From positions 32,001 to 96,000 of IMG/VR virus record IMGVR_UViG_3300036770_006434: a DNA stretch of 64,000 bases, one strand, 5' to 3'. This DNA is from a virus. Positions within the stretch are counted from its first letter, which is position 1, and each line of letters starts with the position of its first letter. A model generated the notes under the pieces. It had not been told where the DNA came from and ran no database searches. It saw only the letters and a list, made by a program, of their open reading frames with translations. The position numbers and the translations under genes are program-made. Positions 1 through 8,836 of the stretch are shown in pieces.

Positions 1-120
1 CGGAGGGAATGGATAAAATGCGTTTACCGTCCTCGGTATCAAAGGTGATGTCGTGATTCATGGAATGGGTAGGTGTTATCGTCCCGCCAAGGTAGCGTAA
101 CATGGGGATGGAGTCAAGAC

Positions 121-312
121 CTAATCCACCAGCATCTTGACCCCTACCGCAATAAGCCCGGTCAGCGCGATTGAAGCGGCCCACACCACGAGTGCGGTTG
201 TGAAGCCGGCCGCCCAGACAGTCCCGCAGAAAATGAAGCCAAAAACCAGCGCCAAGATGAGCCCTCCGATGATGCGACGAATCAGGTGATTAGAACGAGG
301 GTTCGTGTTCAT
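121..312 (-). CDS. small membrane protein (2 TM)
   Basis: MNTNPRS start overlaps the stop of the upstream ORF; two hydrophobic stretches. Confidence 0.6.
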   Translation of the reverse strand: MNTNPRSNHLIRRIIGGLILALVFGFIFCGTVWAAGFTTALVVWAASIALTGLIAVGVKMLVD

Positions 313-647
313 GTCTGTTTTGTCTCTTTCCATAACCCAAGGACCCTTAGAAAGGCTTCTGCACGCTGGGCGGCGGTTGCCGCGATGGTGTAGCCGCAGG
401 TTTGGGTGTTTCCACACGCGCAAACTATCTCATTGAGGCGAACACAGTAGGGACCCCATTGAGCCTCTGTCAGCATCTTTTCCGCCTCGTGTATCTGATT
501 GAGGTCCGACAGATAGTCGGGCAGCCATTCCGTTTGCCATTCCGCGTTGCCGGGGCGGACCCAGCAGGCGAATGCCTCCTTGAAAGCGGCGTTGCATTTC
601 CAGCCGTGTGCTTCGCCTATGGCGATACGTTGTTTTTCAGGTGTCAT
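309..647 (-). CDS. phage hypothetical protein
   Basis: 112-aa ORF, co-oriented, ATGA-type overlap. Confidence 0.65.
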   Translation of the reverse strand: MTPEKQRIAIGEAHGWKCNAAFKEAFACWVRPGNAEWQTEWLPDYLSDLNQIHEAEKMLTEAQWGPYCVRLNEIVCACGNTQTCGYTIAATAAQRAEAFLRVLGLWKETKQT

Positions 648-707
648 AAAACGATGGTTTGGTTACATTTATTGGCCGGCGACCTTGGCGGTAGCCGTTT
701 TTAAGGA

Positions 708-911
708 TCAAAACTGATGTCCATTCCTACGAATGCGAACTATGCCGCCGTCTTTCACTGTAAAAAGCCCGAAATCGTTGTCCAATTTGGAGATACGGGC
801 TTTTTTCATCGCTTTTTCTATGGTATCGGCGTATCCAATGTAAAGACCGAAAAGCCCCTGCTTTTGCGCCATGTATTTTGCCGGTTTCATAAAACGATAG
901 GTGTCAATCAC
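708..911 (-). CDS. hypothetical protein
   Basis: 67-aa ORF overlapping its neighbour by 4 nt. Confidence 0.55.
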   Translation of the reverse strand: MIDTYRFMKPAKYMAQKQGLFGLYIGYADTIEKAMKKARISKLDNDFGLFTVKDGGIVRIRRNGHQF

Positions 912-1183
912 CCCTCCCGGTTGTCATCCTCATCCGGGCGCAACAGTTCCGTCTGCGTCACAGTGAACAGGATATTCTCGTATGCGTCAAAACGGCCCTT
1001 ATTCTCCACACGCCACTCAGGGTCACGGTCCAATCTGTTCATCAACCGTTCGTTAAGGTCCCGGAAGTGCCGCAGATACTGGATCAGTTTGCCGGTATCA
1101 ATGGGGATGGACCGCTGGTAGTCGGTGACGACTTGATCGGTCCAAACACTGGGGTCGGTATAATCGTGGAGGGGATTTTTCAT
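908..1183 (-). CDS. hypothetical protein
   Basis: 91-aa ORF, co-oriented. Confidence 0.6.
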   Translation of the reverse strand: MKNPLHDYTDPSVWTDQVVTDYQRSIPIDTGKLIQYLRHFRDLNERLMNRLDRDPEWRVENKGRFDAYENILFTVTQTELLRPDEDDNREG

Positions 1184-1219
1184 GATGGTAGCTACCCTAA
1201 CACAATACCTCCCGGGGTG

Positions 1220-1552
1220 TCAAGCCCCATTCGGGGCTACCTGTCTGCGGCGCACATTGGAAAACGGCTTAACCCCAAGATGGTCACACAGAAGCAGATG
1301 CCCACTGACCTTACGGTCTATGCGCTCGGCAAGCTGTTGACGCGAAGAGCCTTGAACACAAAGGTCGAACTCAACGCAGTGGGCAACGAGGATAGTTTGG
1401 TTGCCGGCCTTCGCGGCTTCGGCGGCATGTTGCTCTGTTTCCCCATGAGTGACAACGTGTTGCGCGCCGTCATAGTCAATGGCGAAGATGACGAGATGGG
1501 TGACGCCGAGGTCTTCGCGGATTGCCTTGGCTTTAGAGATGGGAATGGACAT
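1220..1552 (-). CDS. hypothetical protein, C-terminal half HicB-like
   Basis: VAHCVEFDLCVQG...G..PF resembles the HicB N-terminal fold pattern. Confidence 0.45.
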   Translation of the reverse strand: MSIPISKAKAIREDLGVTHLVIFAIDYDGAQHVVTHGETEQHAAEAAKAGNQTILVAHCVEFDLCVQGSSRQQLAERIDRKVSGHLLLCDHLGVKPFSNVRRRQVAPNGA

Positions 1553-1567
1553 AGATGGTGCGAGAGG

Positions 1568-1828
1568 TTAATGCCCGGCGGTGCGTGAAGCGCCACACCG
1601 AAGGAAAGCCTCTGTTGATACGGCTATTGGATCGCTAGCTCCCCCGGGACCGGTCCCGCCTTCAAGAATCCGCAATGCGATATCTTTCGCGTGCGGCGAG
1701 AATTTACCCTCATACTCCTCAAACACTTCGCGGGCTTCAGGGTGGTCAGGCTCCTGAGCTAAGAGGATCAACACTTGGACTTCCCAGCGCTTGAGCTGAA
1801 GTGGGCTTTGAGAAATGAGGGCGGACAT
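1568..1828 (-). CDS. hypothetical protein
   Basis: 86-aa ORF, co-oriented. Confidence 0.5.
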   Translation of the reverse strand: MSALISQSPLQLKRWEVQVLILLAQEPDHPEAREVFEEYEGKFSPHAKDIALRILEGGTGPGGASDPIAVSTEAFLRCGASRTAGH

Positions 1829-1831
1829 GGA

Positions 1832-2122
1832 TCAGTCGGACTTTTCTTTGCGGGCCATTCTCTCCTCCATAACAGAACGGTCGTAGGCGCCACACAGGTA
1901 GACGGAGCCAAAGATCAGAAACATAATCCCCGCACCGCCAAGTGCTGTGGCCCACCCCTTTTGGGCTCCAACCGCCGCGCCCAATAGGGTGCAACAGAAA
2001 AGCGGTATCATGCCGGGGTGTTCTCCGCAGTGTGGAAGCGTCCCACAGCCGCGCACAATGTGCTTGAAGAGGCCGATTTTCTGCGGAGCAGGAGCTTTTG
2101 AAGGAGTAGATTCAGTGGACAT
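1832..2122 (-). CDS. membrane protein
   Basis: MSTEST start; two hydrophobic segments. Confidence 0.55.
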   Translation of the reverse strand: MSTESTPSKAPAPQKIGLFKHIVRGCGTLPHCGEHPGMIPLFCCTLLGAAVGAQKGWATALGGAGIMFLIFGSVYLCGAYDRSVMEERMARKEKSD

Positions 2123-2199
2123 AAGCGAAAAGGTGCCGTTACCAGAGAGACATCCTCTCATATCGCGCGCCGGATGTCAAGCGCCTAGTTTGGCAAACG

Positions 2200-2682
2200 T
2201 CACCGATGCGAATAGTGAAAAGACGCAAACCTCGTTTCTCCATCGTGTTTACGGAAAATAATCAATGCTAGAGGTTGAGGCAACCCATGTTTCGCATCCC
2301 CAAAGCGAGGTCTTCCACAAACGAAACGAACCTCGGCCGCTTTCATGCAGTATTGATGCCACCAACGCGTATTTGTTCTGGCGGGAATAAATACGACTAC
2401 AGTCAAATCCTCTCTGGTCTGAGTCTCTTGCCACGCCCGTTTGATCCAGTCCACCATTTTAGACGTTTTATCACCAAATGGAGGGTTCAGCCAACACGCA
2501 CCGTTCCAAGGCTGAATCAGTCCGTTATCCTCTTTTGTGTAAAACTGCTGGCACAACGCGTTATCTTGACTGGCCGCAAGATCGGTAGTAAACGAAAACT
2601 CGGCGTTTAGCTCGTCAAAGAAGTGCTTTGGAGTAGTCCAGTCCTGTTTTGTAGACTCAAATTTCTTTTGGAATGATGACAT
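2200..2682 (-). CDS. phage DNA N6-adenine methyltransferase (Dam-like)
   Basis: WTTP..FF..L..EF.FT.DLAAS, WLNPPF motif, VVFIPART.T.WW. Confidence 0.9.
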   Translation of the reverse strand: MSSFQKKFESTKQDWTTPKHFFDELNAEFSFTTDLAASQDNALCQQFYTKEDNGLIQPWNGACWLNPPFGDKTSKMVDWIKRAWQETQTREDLTVVVFIPARTNTRWWHQYCMKAAEVRFVCGRPRFGDAKHGLPQPLALIIFRKHDGETRFASFHYSHR

Positions 2683-2703
2683 AAAATATTTAACGAAAAA
2701 GGG

Positions 2704-2904
2704 TCAGCGCAAATCCCCCAGATACCAAGGTTCGGTGCGGCAAAACCCCAGTGGAGGCAACGGTAGGTAGCCCGACTGGTAGGCTTCCTCAAGCATCAAG
2801 GTAACCATCGGAGCGATGGCGTGCTCCTGAAATTCGCGCCTGATATCGGCAAGCGCCAAGTCAAACGCCCTATGCTCGCTCTCTGCCGCGACAATTGTGC
2901 TCAT
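2704..2904 (-). CDS. hypothetical protein
   Basis: MSTIVAA start with GGAG RBS; ATGA overlap. Confidence 0.5.
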   Translation of the reverse strand: MSTIVAAESEHRAFDLALADIRREFQEHAIAPMVTLMLEEAYQSGYLPLPPLGFCRTEPWYLGDLR

Positions 2905-3167
2905 GTCTCCTCCCTGCATAAAGGCGGGTATCCCTCCGGCCAATCATCAAACGGGTCGGCCTCAGGGGCGTAACGACCGGCCTCGTTTACCATATCTCCA
3001 ATGTGCCGAAGCGCGCTATCATAAAGTGCGCCAAAAGCGATTTCTCCGCGCCGGTATTCGTCAAGCCTGAGAGGATCGCCAAAGTAGCCTTGAAACCGCT
3101 TTATCCACGCCTCGCGCGCGGCGTCGCGTCGAAGCATCCAACGCTCGGGACTTGAAGGGGTTTTCAT
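2901..3167 (-). CDS. hypothetical protein
   Basis: 88-aa ORF, co-oriented. Confidence 0.55.
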   Translation of the reverse strand: MKTPSSPERWMLRRDAAREAWIKRFQGYFGDPLRLDEYRRGEIAFGALYDSALRHIGDMVNEAGRYAPEADPFDDWPEGYPPLCREET

Positions 3168-3181
3168 GGTAAAGGAGCAGT

Positions 3182-3460
3182 CTACACCGAGGTTGAGTCA
3201 CCCAGCGCGTCCTTCACCAAGGGGTGACACTCATCGCGCAGCTCCAAGGGAAGGTCCTCAATGGAATAGCCCAGTTCCCCGAAGACGCCGCGCAGAGCAG
3301 GCACAGACAGGACGGCTCCACCGCTACCGTCAAAGGGCCATGCACCCAAAAGACGGAGGTCGCCATCAAACAGGGCTTGGGTCCGGGTGAGGGATGAGGA
3401 GTAAAGGTATAGAATGGATTCCGAAGACTTGATTTTTGGTCGGATAGGCATAGACTTCAA
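3182..3460 (-). CDS. hypothetical protein
   Basis: 92-aa ORF filling the gap between neighbours. Confidence 0.45.
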   Translation of the reverse strand: MKSMPIRPKIKSSESILYLYSSSLTRTQALFDGDLRLLGAWPFDGSGGAVLSVPALRGVFGELGYSIEDLPLELRDECHPLVKDALGDSTSV

Positions 3461-3487
3461 TGAGTTGGGTGTTTTTGAAAGAAGGGA

Positions 3488-3706
3488 TCAGCGCGATCCA
3501 GATGATCCAATGATTTTCGTGATATTCAGCCCCCAGTGAATCAGAACAAGGGCGGCGGCGATTTGCCAGTTCACGGAAATGATCCAAAACAAACCGACGA
3601 GACACAGGAATACCGCGAAGACCCGAAGGAGGAATGTGGCCTTGAGAGAAGCCTCTAGCGCGGAAATGACGTTGACGGGTTGACTATCGTTTTCGATGGG
3701 ATTCAT
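3488..3706 (-). CDS. small membrane protein (2 TM)
   Basis: two hydrophobic helices; ATGA overlap. Confidence 0.6.
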   Translation of the reverse strand: MNPIENDSQPVNVISALEASLKATFLLRVFAVFLCLVGLFWIISVNWQIAAALVLIHWGLNITKIIGSSGSR

Positions 3707-3873
3707 TGGGCGAAATGGGTGACTGACTTTTGCTTGGGTTCAGACTCAATGGCGGCCAGCCGCGCTTCCAGTCCTGCGATTTTACGTTCAATCTCCCCGA
3801 TTCGGGCGACTTCCCGGGCGGTTTTGGCGGCGGATGGGCGGATGAGACGGGATTTGGTCTTTGATTTAGTCAT
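3703..3873 (-). CDS. small coiled-coil protein
   Basis: IGEIERKIAGLEARLAAIE heptad pattern. Confidence 0.5.
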   Translation of the reverse strand: MTKSKTKSRLIRPSAAKTAREVARIGEIERKIAGLEARLAAIESEPKQKSVTHFAQ

Positions 3874-3904
3874 GGAATGGATGGTTAAACGGATTGGAGA
3901 TGGA

Positions 3905-4105
3905 TCAATCCCCATAGTATGGAACCTTTACCCCTCCAGTGCCCATGTCGTCTTCCAGCGCCTCTTCTGGCGTCAGTCCGGCGTCAAAGTAGGCACCCCA
4001 GAAACCGGCGTATTTAGCGGGGCCGATGTCCCATTTTTTGCCGGCGGCAAGGGAGACAAGTTCGGTATACCATTGACCGAAGTCTTCAGGAGATGGTTTT
4101 TTCAT
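3905..4105 (-). CDS. hypothetical protein
   Basis: 66-aa ORF abutting its neighbour. Confidence 0.55.
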   Translation of the reverse strand: MKKPSPEDFGQWYTELVSLAAGKKWDIGPAKYAGFWGAYFDAGLTPEEALEDDMGTGGVKVPYYGD

Positions 4106-4428
4106 TACGGGGCAGATTCTACGCTGTCTTGCGGGGTTTTGTCAAGGGCATATTCCAGCCGATACTCGGAATTGGCGGTTTCAAAGTGGACGACACCCCT
4201 TTCGGACCAGTGGGCAGTCGCCGTTACCGGGGAGGTTTGGAAGACTCCGTTCACCTTGACTCCATTGCGCTCGGACCGCGCGATGATCAGGGGGTGTCCA
4301 GCTTCCGGGAGCCCGTTCAAGGTAACGCCCTTGATCGTATATCCTTGAAAGATAGCGTGTTCGGGGATCGTCCCCTTGTCGGCGACCTTGGTGAGAGTGA
4401 TGGCGTAATCAGCGCGTGATTGGTTCAT
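4105..4428 (-). CDS. hypothetical protein
   Basis: 107-aa ORF, overlapping junctions. Confidence 0.6.
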   Translation of the reverse strand: MNQSRADYAITLTKVADKGTIPEHAIFQGYTIKGVTLNGLPEAGHPLIIARSERNGVKVNGVFQTSPVTATAHWSERGVVHFETANSEYRLEYALDKTPQDSVESAP

Positions 4429-4709
4429 ACGGTATTATCTGGTGTTTGCGAGCGCGTATCAAACTGCCGCGCGATATGGTTGGCGCGATCACGGTAAAAT
4501 CCCCACGGCAGCATTGCCAGTGCCGTCTCGCGCTCGTTGAGCATCCGCACTTGATGCGTTGCCGCGAGGTAAAACGTATTGGCGACCATCTGTCGGACGC
4601 TTCCGCGATCAGCAGTCTCCACTTCCTTGAGAAGCAGCTTTTCTTGTGAGCGCCAAAATTCGGCGTAAATCGGATGCAAAGTAAGAGTTGAATTTGTTGG
4701 CATTGTCAA
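4425..4709 (-). CDS. hypothetical protein
   Basis: 94-aa ORF, ATGA overlaps. Confidence 0.55.
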   Translation of the reverse strand: MTMPTNSTLTLHPIYAEFWRSQEKLLLKEVETADRGSVRQMVANTFYLAATHQVRMLNERETALAMLPWGFYRDRANHIARQFDTRSQTPDNTV

Positions 4710-4933
4710 TGTTGTTTGTCTGGCTGGCCAAGCACGGGAATCTCATAGGTATCGCCTTCGGTGGAGACCACGTATTCGGCGAGCCTAATCATGTGGTCCG
4801 GTCCGGTATCGCGCTTTACCATGGCCACGTCTCCGTTGGGTAATGTGTAATCGTAGTCCAGTCCCATGACGCTCTTGGCGCGCTCGTAGGCTTGGGCTTG
4901 TGCGGGAGTGCGGAAGGGGAAGTGGTCTAGCAT
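4706..4933 (-). CDS. hypothetical protein
   Basis: MLDHFPF start just after the rfaE2 stop, with GGAG RBS. Confidence 0.55.
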   Translation of the reverse strand: MLDHFPFRTPAQAQAYERAKSVMGLDYDYTLPNGDVAMVKRDTGPDHMIRLAEYVVSTEGDTYEIPVLGQPDKQH

Positions 4934-4937
4934 ATGT

Positions 4938-5489
4938 TTACACTTCTCCAGCCGCCTTAATCCGCGCGATGAGCTGCGTCGTAGAGAAGCCCGGCAGAAA
5001 CGGCAGAAACTCGATGCGCGCGCCCACGTCCTCCAGCGCCGCACGCTCGCCGGGATCGAGTTTCCCGACCGTGTAGTCACCGGCCTTGCAATACACGTCG
5101 GGGCTCAGCGCACGGACCTCCGCGTCGAGCCGCGGCGTGCGGAAAATCACCACGCCCGTCACGAACCACAGCGCGGCGAGCGCGTAGGCGCGCTGCTCTT
5201 CCGTCTGCACGGGACGCGCCGGGCCTTTGAGCGCGCGCACGCTGGCGTCGGCATTCAGCGCGATGAAGAGCGCGTCGCCGAGGCGCCGCGCTTCTTTCAG
5301 ATAATACAGATGCCCCGTGTGCAGCAGATCGAAGACGCCGTTGGTCAGCACCAACTTCTTGCCCTGCGCGCGGAGTTTGTCGCGCACGGTCACGGCGTCC
5401 TCCAGCGTCAACAGTTTGGGATTTTTGAGTTTCACGCTCCCGCCGGCAGGATGGTAGTGAGAACCGCAGAACAGGGAGTATCGCTTCAT
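4938..5489 (-). CDS. rfaE2: D-glycero-beta-D-manno-heptose 1-phosphate adenylyltransferase (RfaE domain II type), with phage-like N-terminal extension
   Basis: TNGVFDLLHTGH (HxGH), LN.DASVRALKGP.RP, K.GDY and GFSTT.LI motifs. Confidence 0.9.
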   Translation of the reverse strand: MKRYSLFCGSHYHPAGGSVKLKNPKLLTLEDAVTVRDKLRAQGKKLVLTNGVFDLLHTGHLYYLKEARRLGDALFIALNADASVRALKGPARPVQTEEQRAYALAALWFVTGVVIFRTPRLDAEVRALSPDVYCKAGDYTVGKLDPGERAALEDVGARIEFLPFLPGFSTTQLIARIKAAGEV

Positions 5490-5740
5490 GACACAGCTTC
5501 CCGGTCTTCCCCGCCTCCGGCAGCGGTAATCAGTTCCTCAATATCCGAGATACATTGCTCCAGTCCGTCGGCCCCGAAGTCAATGGCCGCCGCAAGGACG
5601 CCCTGACCGTGGATCAGAGCGGATTCATGTTTGTCTCGGTTCATCTCCGCGATAGCGCGCCAAAGGGCGAGGCGTTCCTCTAAATCGGCGGACGAGATGA
5701 GGACGGGCGGATGATAGGCGGCTGGGTGGGTGGATTCCAT
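5486..5740 (-). CDS. hypothetical protein
   Basis: 84-aa ORF, ATGA overlap. Confidence 0.5.
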   Translation of the reverse strand: MESTHPAAYHPPVLISSADLEERLALWRAIAEMNRDKHESALIHGQGVLAAAIDFGADGLEQCISDIEELITAAGGGEDREAVS

Positions 5741-5769
5741 GGAAAGGCAAGGATAATGATTGGGCGGGG

Positions 5770-6360
5770 TCAGAGAGTGTATAACGTGCTGTCCGTCAGA
5801 TTGTAGTGAAAGGCTTTGAGATCAGGCCGGGTCTTGCGGCGGCGCAGGAAGGTTGCCATCGTGTCTGAGCTACCGCCCCGTTTCAGCGCAGGTGAATTTG
5901 GTTCCCCGAACGTGAATGCCAACAGAATGTCCGCACTGGCCGCTACCTTGGCGTTGCGGGCGAACATGGAAGAGTAACTTTCGATTGGGCCGTCCTCTAT
6001 GGTAACCTCGGCTCCACGATTCAATGCTTCCACAATGTCGTCAAGAGAGTCGCGCCCTGTCTTTTCCTTAAAAAGAAAATGATAGTGATTGCAAACGCGC
6101 CCCGCTCTATGGGTCTCGTGATAGAAGCCACCTGTAAATGGCGCTGGGAGGTGCAATAACAGGCCCTTCACCTGACCGCGCAGAAACAGGTGGACAGCAA
6201 GGTGATCGGCGTAGGCTGACCCGCCCGACACCAGTTTGGTAGCCCCCAAGGTGATAGCGGCTGTCTGGGCAACTGCTCCCATGCGCGCCAAAACGATGGG
6301 AGTCAGCTTGGCTGCGTCCTCATTCCGGCCGGCTGTTCCGATGATGCCTAGACAGGTCAT
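5770..6360 (-). CDS. SLOG-superfamily (YspA/DprA-like) nucleotide-binding protein
   Basis: LGIIGTAGR, LVSGGSAYADHLAV, RN..VA..AD.LLAF, GG+.DT. Confidence 0.6.
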   Translation of the reverse strand: MTCLGIIGTAGRNEDAAKLTPIVLARMGAVAQTAAITLGATKLVSGGSAYADHLAVHLFLRGQVKGLLLHLPAPFTGGFYHETHRAGRVCNHYHFLFKEKTGRDSLDDIVEALNRGAEVTIEDGPIESYSSMFARNAKVAASADILLAFTFGEPNSPALKRGGSSDTMATFLRRRKTRPDLKAFHYNLTDSTLYTL

Positions 6361-6596
6361 AGCACGGATTGATCGGTGTCCTTAAACCACGCGCCAACGT
6401 ATTTGCGCAACGTCCTCAGATTGCACTCCTGCGGCGTGTGCCCCGCAGTCAAGGCGATTAGTGAGCGACCGCGCTTGATGACACGTGCCTTCACGGCTAC
6501 CGGCGGGATTCCGTAAATGAACCTTACAGTGTCCCCGGCGCTGGTCGGGCGAAAGTCGTCGTCCAGAAGGACGAGGCGTGAACGTTTGGTGGCCAT
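6357..6596 (-). CDS. hypothetical protein
   Basis: 79-aa ORF, ATGA overlap. Confidence 0.5.
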   Translation of the reverse strand: MATKRSRLVLLDDDFRPTSAGDTVRFIYGIPPVAVKARVIKRGRSLIALTAGHTPQECNLRTLRKYVGAWFKDTDQSVL

Positions 6597-6604
6597 GGTA
6601 GGGT

Positions 6605-6910
6605 CTATTCCCCAGACTTTAGCCCAACTAGGGCGCTGAAGTCAAGCACATCCGAACAGAGAGCGCGCATTTCTTCGGTGCTGAGCCAGCCGTCAAGGCC
6701 GTCTCCGTGGTTTATGTCCTTGAGCGTCTTTGACTTGGAGTAATCTGCCCAGAACTCCTCCTCCGAATGGCCGATCTCTACGGTGAGCCCACCCCAACGG
6801 TAGCGTATATACACATAGCCGCCACCTTCCAACCCACCCTCCCACTGGCTAGGACAGGCGGTGCAGGTTTGCTCTAGGGTGATGACGCGGGGCAGTGGAA
6901 TGGCACTCAT
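6605..6910 (-). CDS. phage hypothetical protein
   Basis: QTC.ACPSQWEG...YIRYRWG motif. Confidence 0.65.
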   Translation of the reverse strand: MSAIPLPRVITLEQTCTACPSQWEGGLEGGGYVYIRYRWGGLTVEIGHSEEEFWADYSKSKTLKDINHGDGLDGWLSTEEMRALCSDVLDFSALVGLKSGE

Positions 6911-6917
6911 GATCAGT

Positions 6918-7406
6918 TTACTCCTGAAACATCTCTCTGACAGTGTTTTGCATGATCTGCGCCAGCTGCGGAGACAGCGAGTAGCGCGCAGTGTTCTTCT
7001 CAATGGATGTGCGAATATTCCCGTTCTTATTGCGCTCGGTCGCGGCTTTCCAGTCGCACAGCATCTCAACCATATCGCACAACGTCATGTCCTCGACGCC
7101 GCGAGCCCAGTGCTCTGGGTGGTGTCTATTCTTGGCGTAGTGGTGCTCAATGGCTGGCTTAACCTTTTCAAGCAAAGCCTTATACTCCGGGGAGTCATAT
7201 TCTACCTTGGCCAATTCGGGCGTCCACTCGCCAAAGACCTCGGCCTCGGGCGACACCAGTTTAGACTGGTCATGTTCCCGCGCCCGCCGGTCCAGCTCCT
7301 CGATCATGAGGTAGAGGAAGTGGCGGACGCGCTGGATGTGCTTGATGGTTTCCATCTTGCCGAGAACGGTCTTGTCTGTGTCGTGGGTGCTCATATAGAT
7401 ATGCAA
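6918..7406 (-). CDS. DUF5662-like HD-type protein
   Basis: H...V...HDQSKL...HHY..NRHHPEH...E.LCDW.AA. Confidence 0.8.
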   Translation of the reverse strand: MHIYMSTHDTDKTVLGKMETIKHIQRVRHFLYLMIEELDRRAREHDQSKLVSPEAEVFGEWTPELAKVEYDSPEYKALLEKVKPAIEHHYAKNRHHPEHWARGVEDMTLCDMVEMLCDWKAATERNKNGNIRTSIEKNTARYSLSPQLAQIMQNTVREMFQE

Positions 7407-7414
7407 CCCAACGT

Positions 7415-8059
7415 TCAGAGCGGCACCGGGGTGAACTCATGGAACACCACTCGGACGACGCCGCCCTCATTGCCGGCCGCCGGGCGCTGGACGTTACAGA
7501 TTGGCAGGGTATTGACCTGATCCGGCTGCTGCCCCACGCAATCGGGCGGGTTATCGGATGAAACACAATTGTCACAACCGTAGGGATAGACTCCCACCAA
7601 CCCGGTGTTCTGGAATCGGGTAGCGTTCGCGATAACCTGAACCGGGATAGCCCCGCCATTCGAGGTCCAGTCTTCGGCGCTCAACTCGAAACCGAGAAAC
7701 GCGTTGGCCCCGCACACACAGGAAATGTCCACCGTCTCTTGGCCGCCGGGTTGGAACCCATTATTGATGATAAACTCGGCGAGGCACACGCCCTCGGGCC
7801 ACTCCGGGCATGGGCAATTCAGCGGCGGGGTCCCGAAGGAGAAGTTCCCATTGAGACCGAGACCCTCCGGCGCGATCATCCGCGTAGTCGTGCGCGCGGG
7901 CACGACGAAAGTGCCCATCAGCGGGAACAGGGGGTTGATAACGAGGCCGTCACTCAGGGTGAGCAGCCCCACGTCTTGGACGCATCCCGGGGTGGCCCCA
8001 AGGGTAATGTAGGTCAGGACGGAGTGATACGAGCGGTTGCTGATTTCTAGGTGGGTCAT
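7415..8059 (-). CDS. Cys-rich thaumatin-like (PR-5/GH64-TLP superfamily) protein
   Basis: LAEF...G.ETVDIS.V.G.N matches the thaumatin core pattern LAEF...G.D.YD(V/I)S.VDG.N; 11 Cys. Confidence 0.5.
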   Translation of the reverse strand: MTHLEISNRSYHSVLTYITLGATPGCVQDVGLLTLSDGLVINPLFPLMGTFVVPARTTTRMIAPEGLGLNGNFSFGTPPLNCPCPEWPEGVCLAEFIINNGFQPGGQETVDISCVCGANAFLGFELSAEDWTSNGGAIPVQVIANATRFQNTGLVGVYPYGCDNCVSSDNPPDCVGQQPDQVNTLPICNVQRPAAGNEGGVVRVVFHEFTPVPL

Positions 8060-8087
8060 AAAATAGATTGGGTAAACGAAAGCGTCC

Positions 8088-8801
8088 TTACTGCTCTCCC
8101 TCAGGAACCTTGAGGAGCACCGCAATACTGCGGTCCTCATGATAGCTCACGACATCGGCGTTGGCCTTCTCGAATGCCTCAAGCGCGGCGCGCAGTTGGG
8201 GAATACCATTCAGGTCGAACAGGTCCATGTCCTCCCACCCCCAAGCGTCCAGACAGTGCTCTACGACGCTCTCTGCGTCCAGCCCCTGAATGACCCGCTG
8301 TTTGCGCGTGGCCCAACAGTAGGTGGGATAATCCTCACGAGCAACCCCATCGCACGCCAAGCGGTCGTGCAGGTCCTCTACCGAGGGAAAGTAGTCATCA
8401 CCGTAGCACACCCAGCCGTCCCACTCCTCTTCGGCCACCTTCTGCGCGCGATCAAAGGCTCTGGCCTCGTTTGTGGCGCGCTGGGCGGTAAAGGCGTTGT
8501 CGTTCAGTAGCTTACGTTCGTCCTCAGTAAGGAGCGCGGTCATGATCTGCCCCTTGGCGTAAGCCCACTCTTCCGCGCCAGTCTCGTGGTCCATTTTTGG
8601 ATAGAGGAAACGGCCATAGGGCGAAAGGTCTGCGCAACGGGTGTTCAGAATGACCCGCCCTTCGCTGTCAAACACATTGGTCAGTCGGCGGCTAATTTCG
8701 GCATCAATCTCGGCGAGACGTTCGGCGGACAATAGCCCTGAGTCGCGGACCTGTTGGAGGCTTAGATAAAAACAAGGGATTTTTAGAGTGGTATCGGGCA
8801 T
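8088..8801 (-). CDS. phage hypothetical protein
   Basis: about 237-aa ORF; TTGAC-type promoter upstream. Confidence 0.65.
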   Translation of the reverse strand: MPDTTLKIPCFYLSLQQVRDSGLLSAERLAEIDAEISRRLTNVFDSEGRVILNTRCADLSPYGRFLYPKMDHETGAEEWAYAKGQIMTALLTEDERKLLNDNAFTAQRATNEARAFDRAQKVAEEEWDGWVCYGDDYFPSVEDLHDRLACDGVAREDYPTYCWATRKQRVIQGLDAESVVEHCLDAWGWEDMDLFDLNGIPQLRAALEAFEKANADVVSYHEDRSIAVLLKVPEGEQ

Positions 8802-8836
8802 GGTGCGGGATAGAATGGACCAAAATGGTCGAAAAG

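Noticed and set aside
4908-5606. 232-aa plus-strand ORF
   Set aside because: Shadow of the GC-rich rfaE2 gene.
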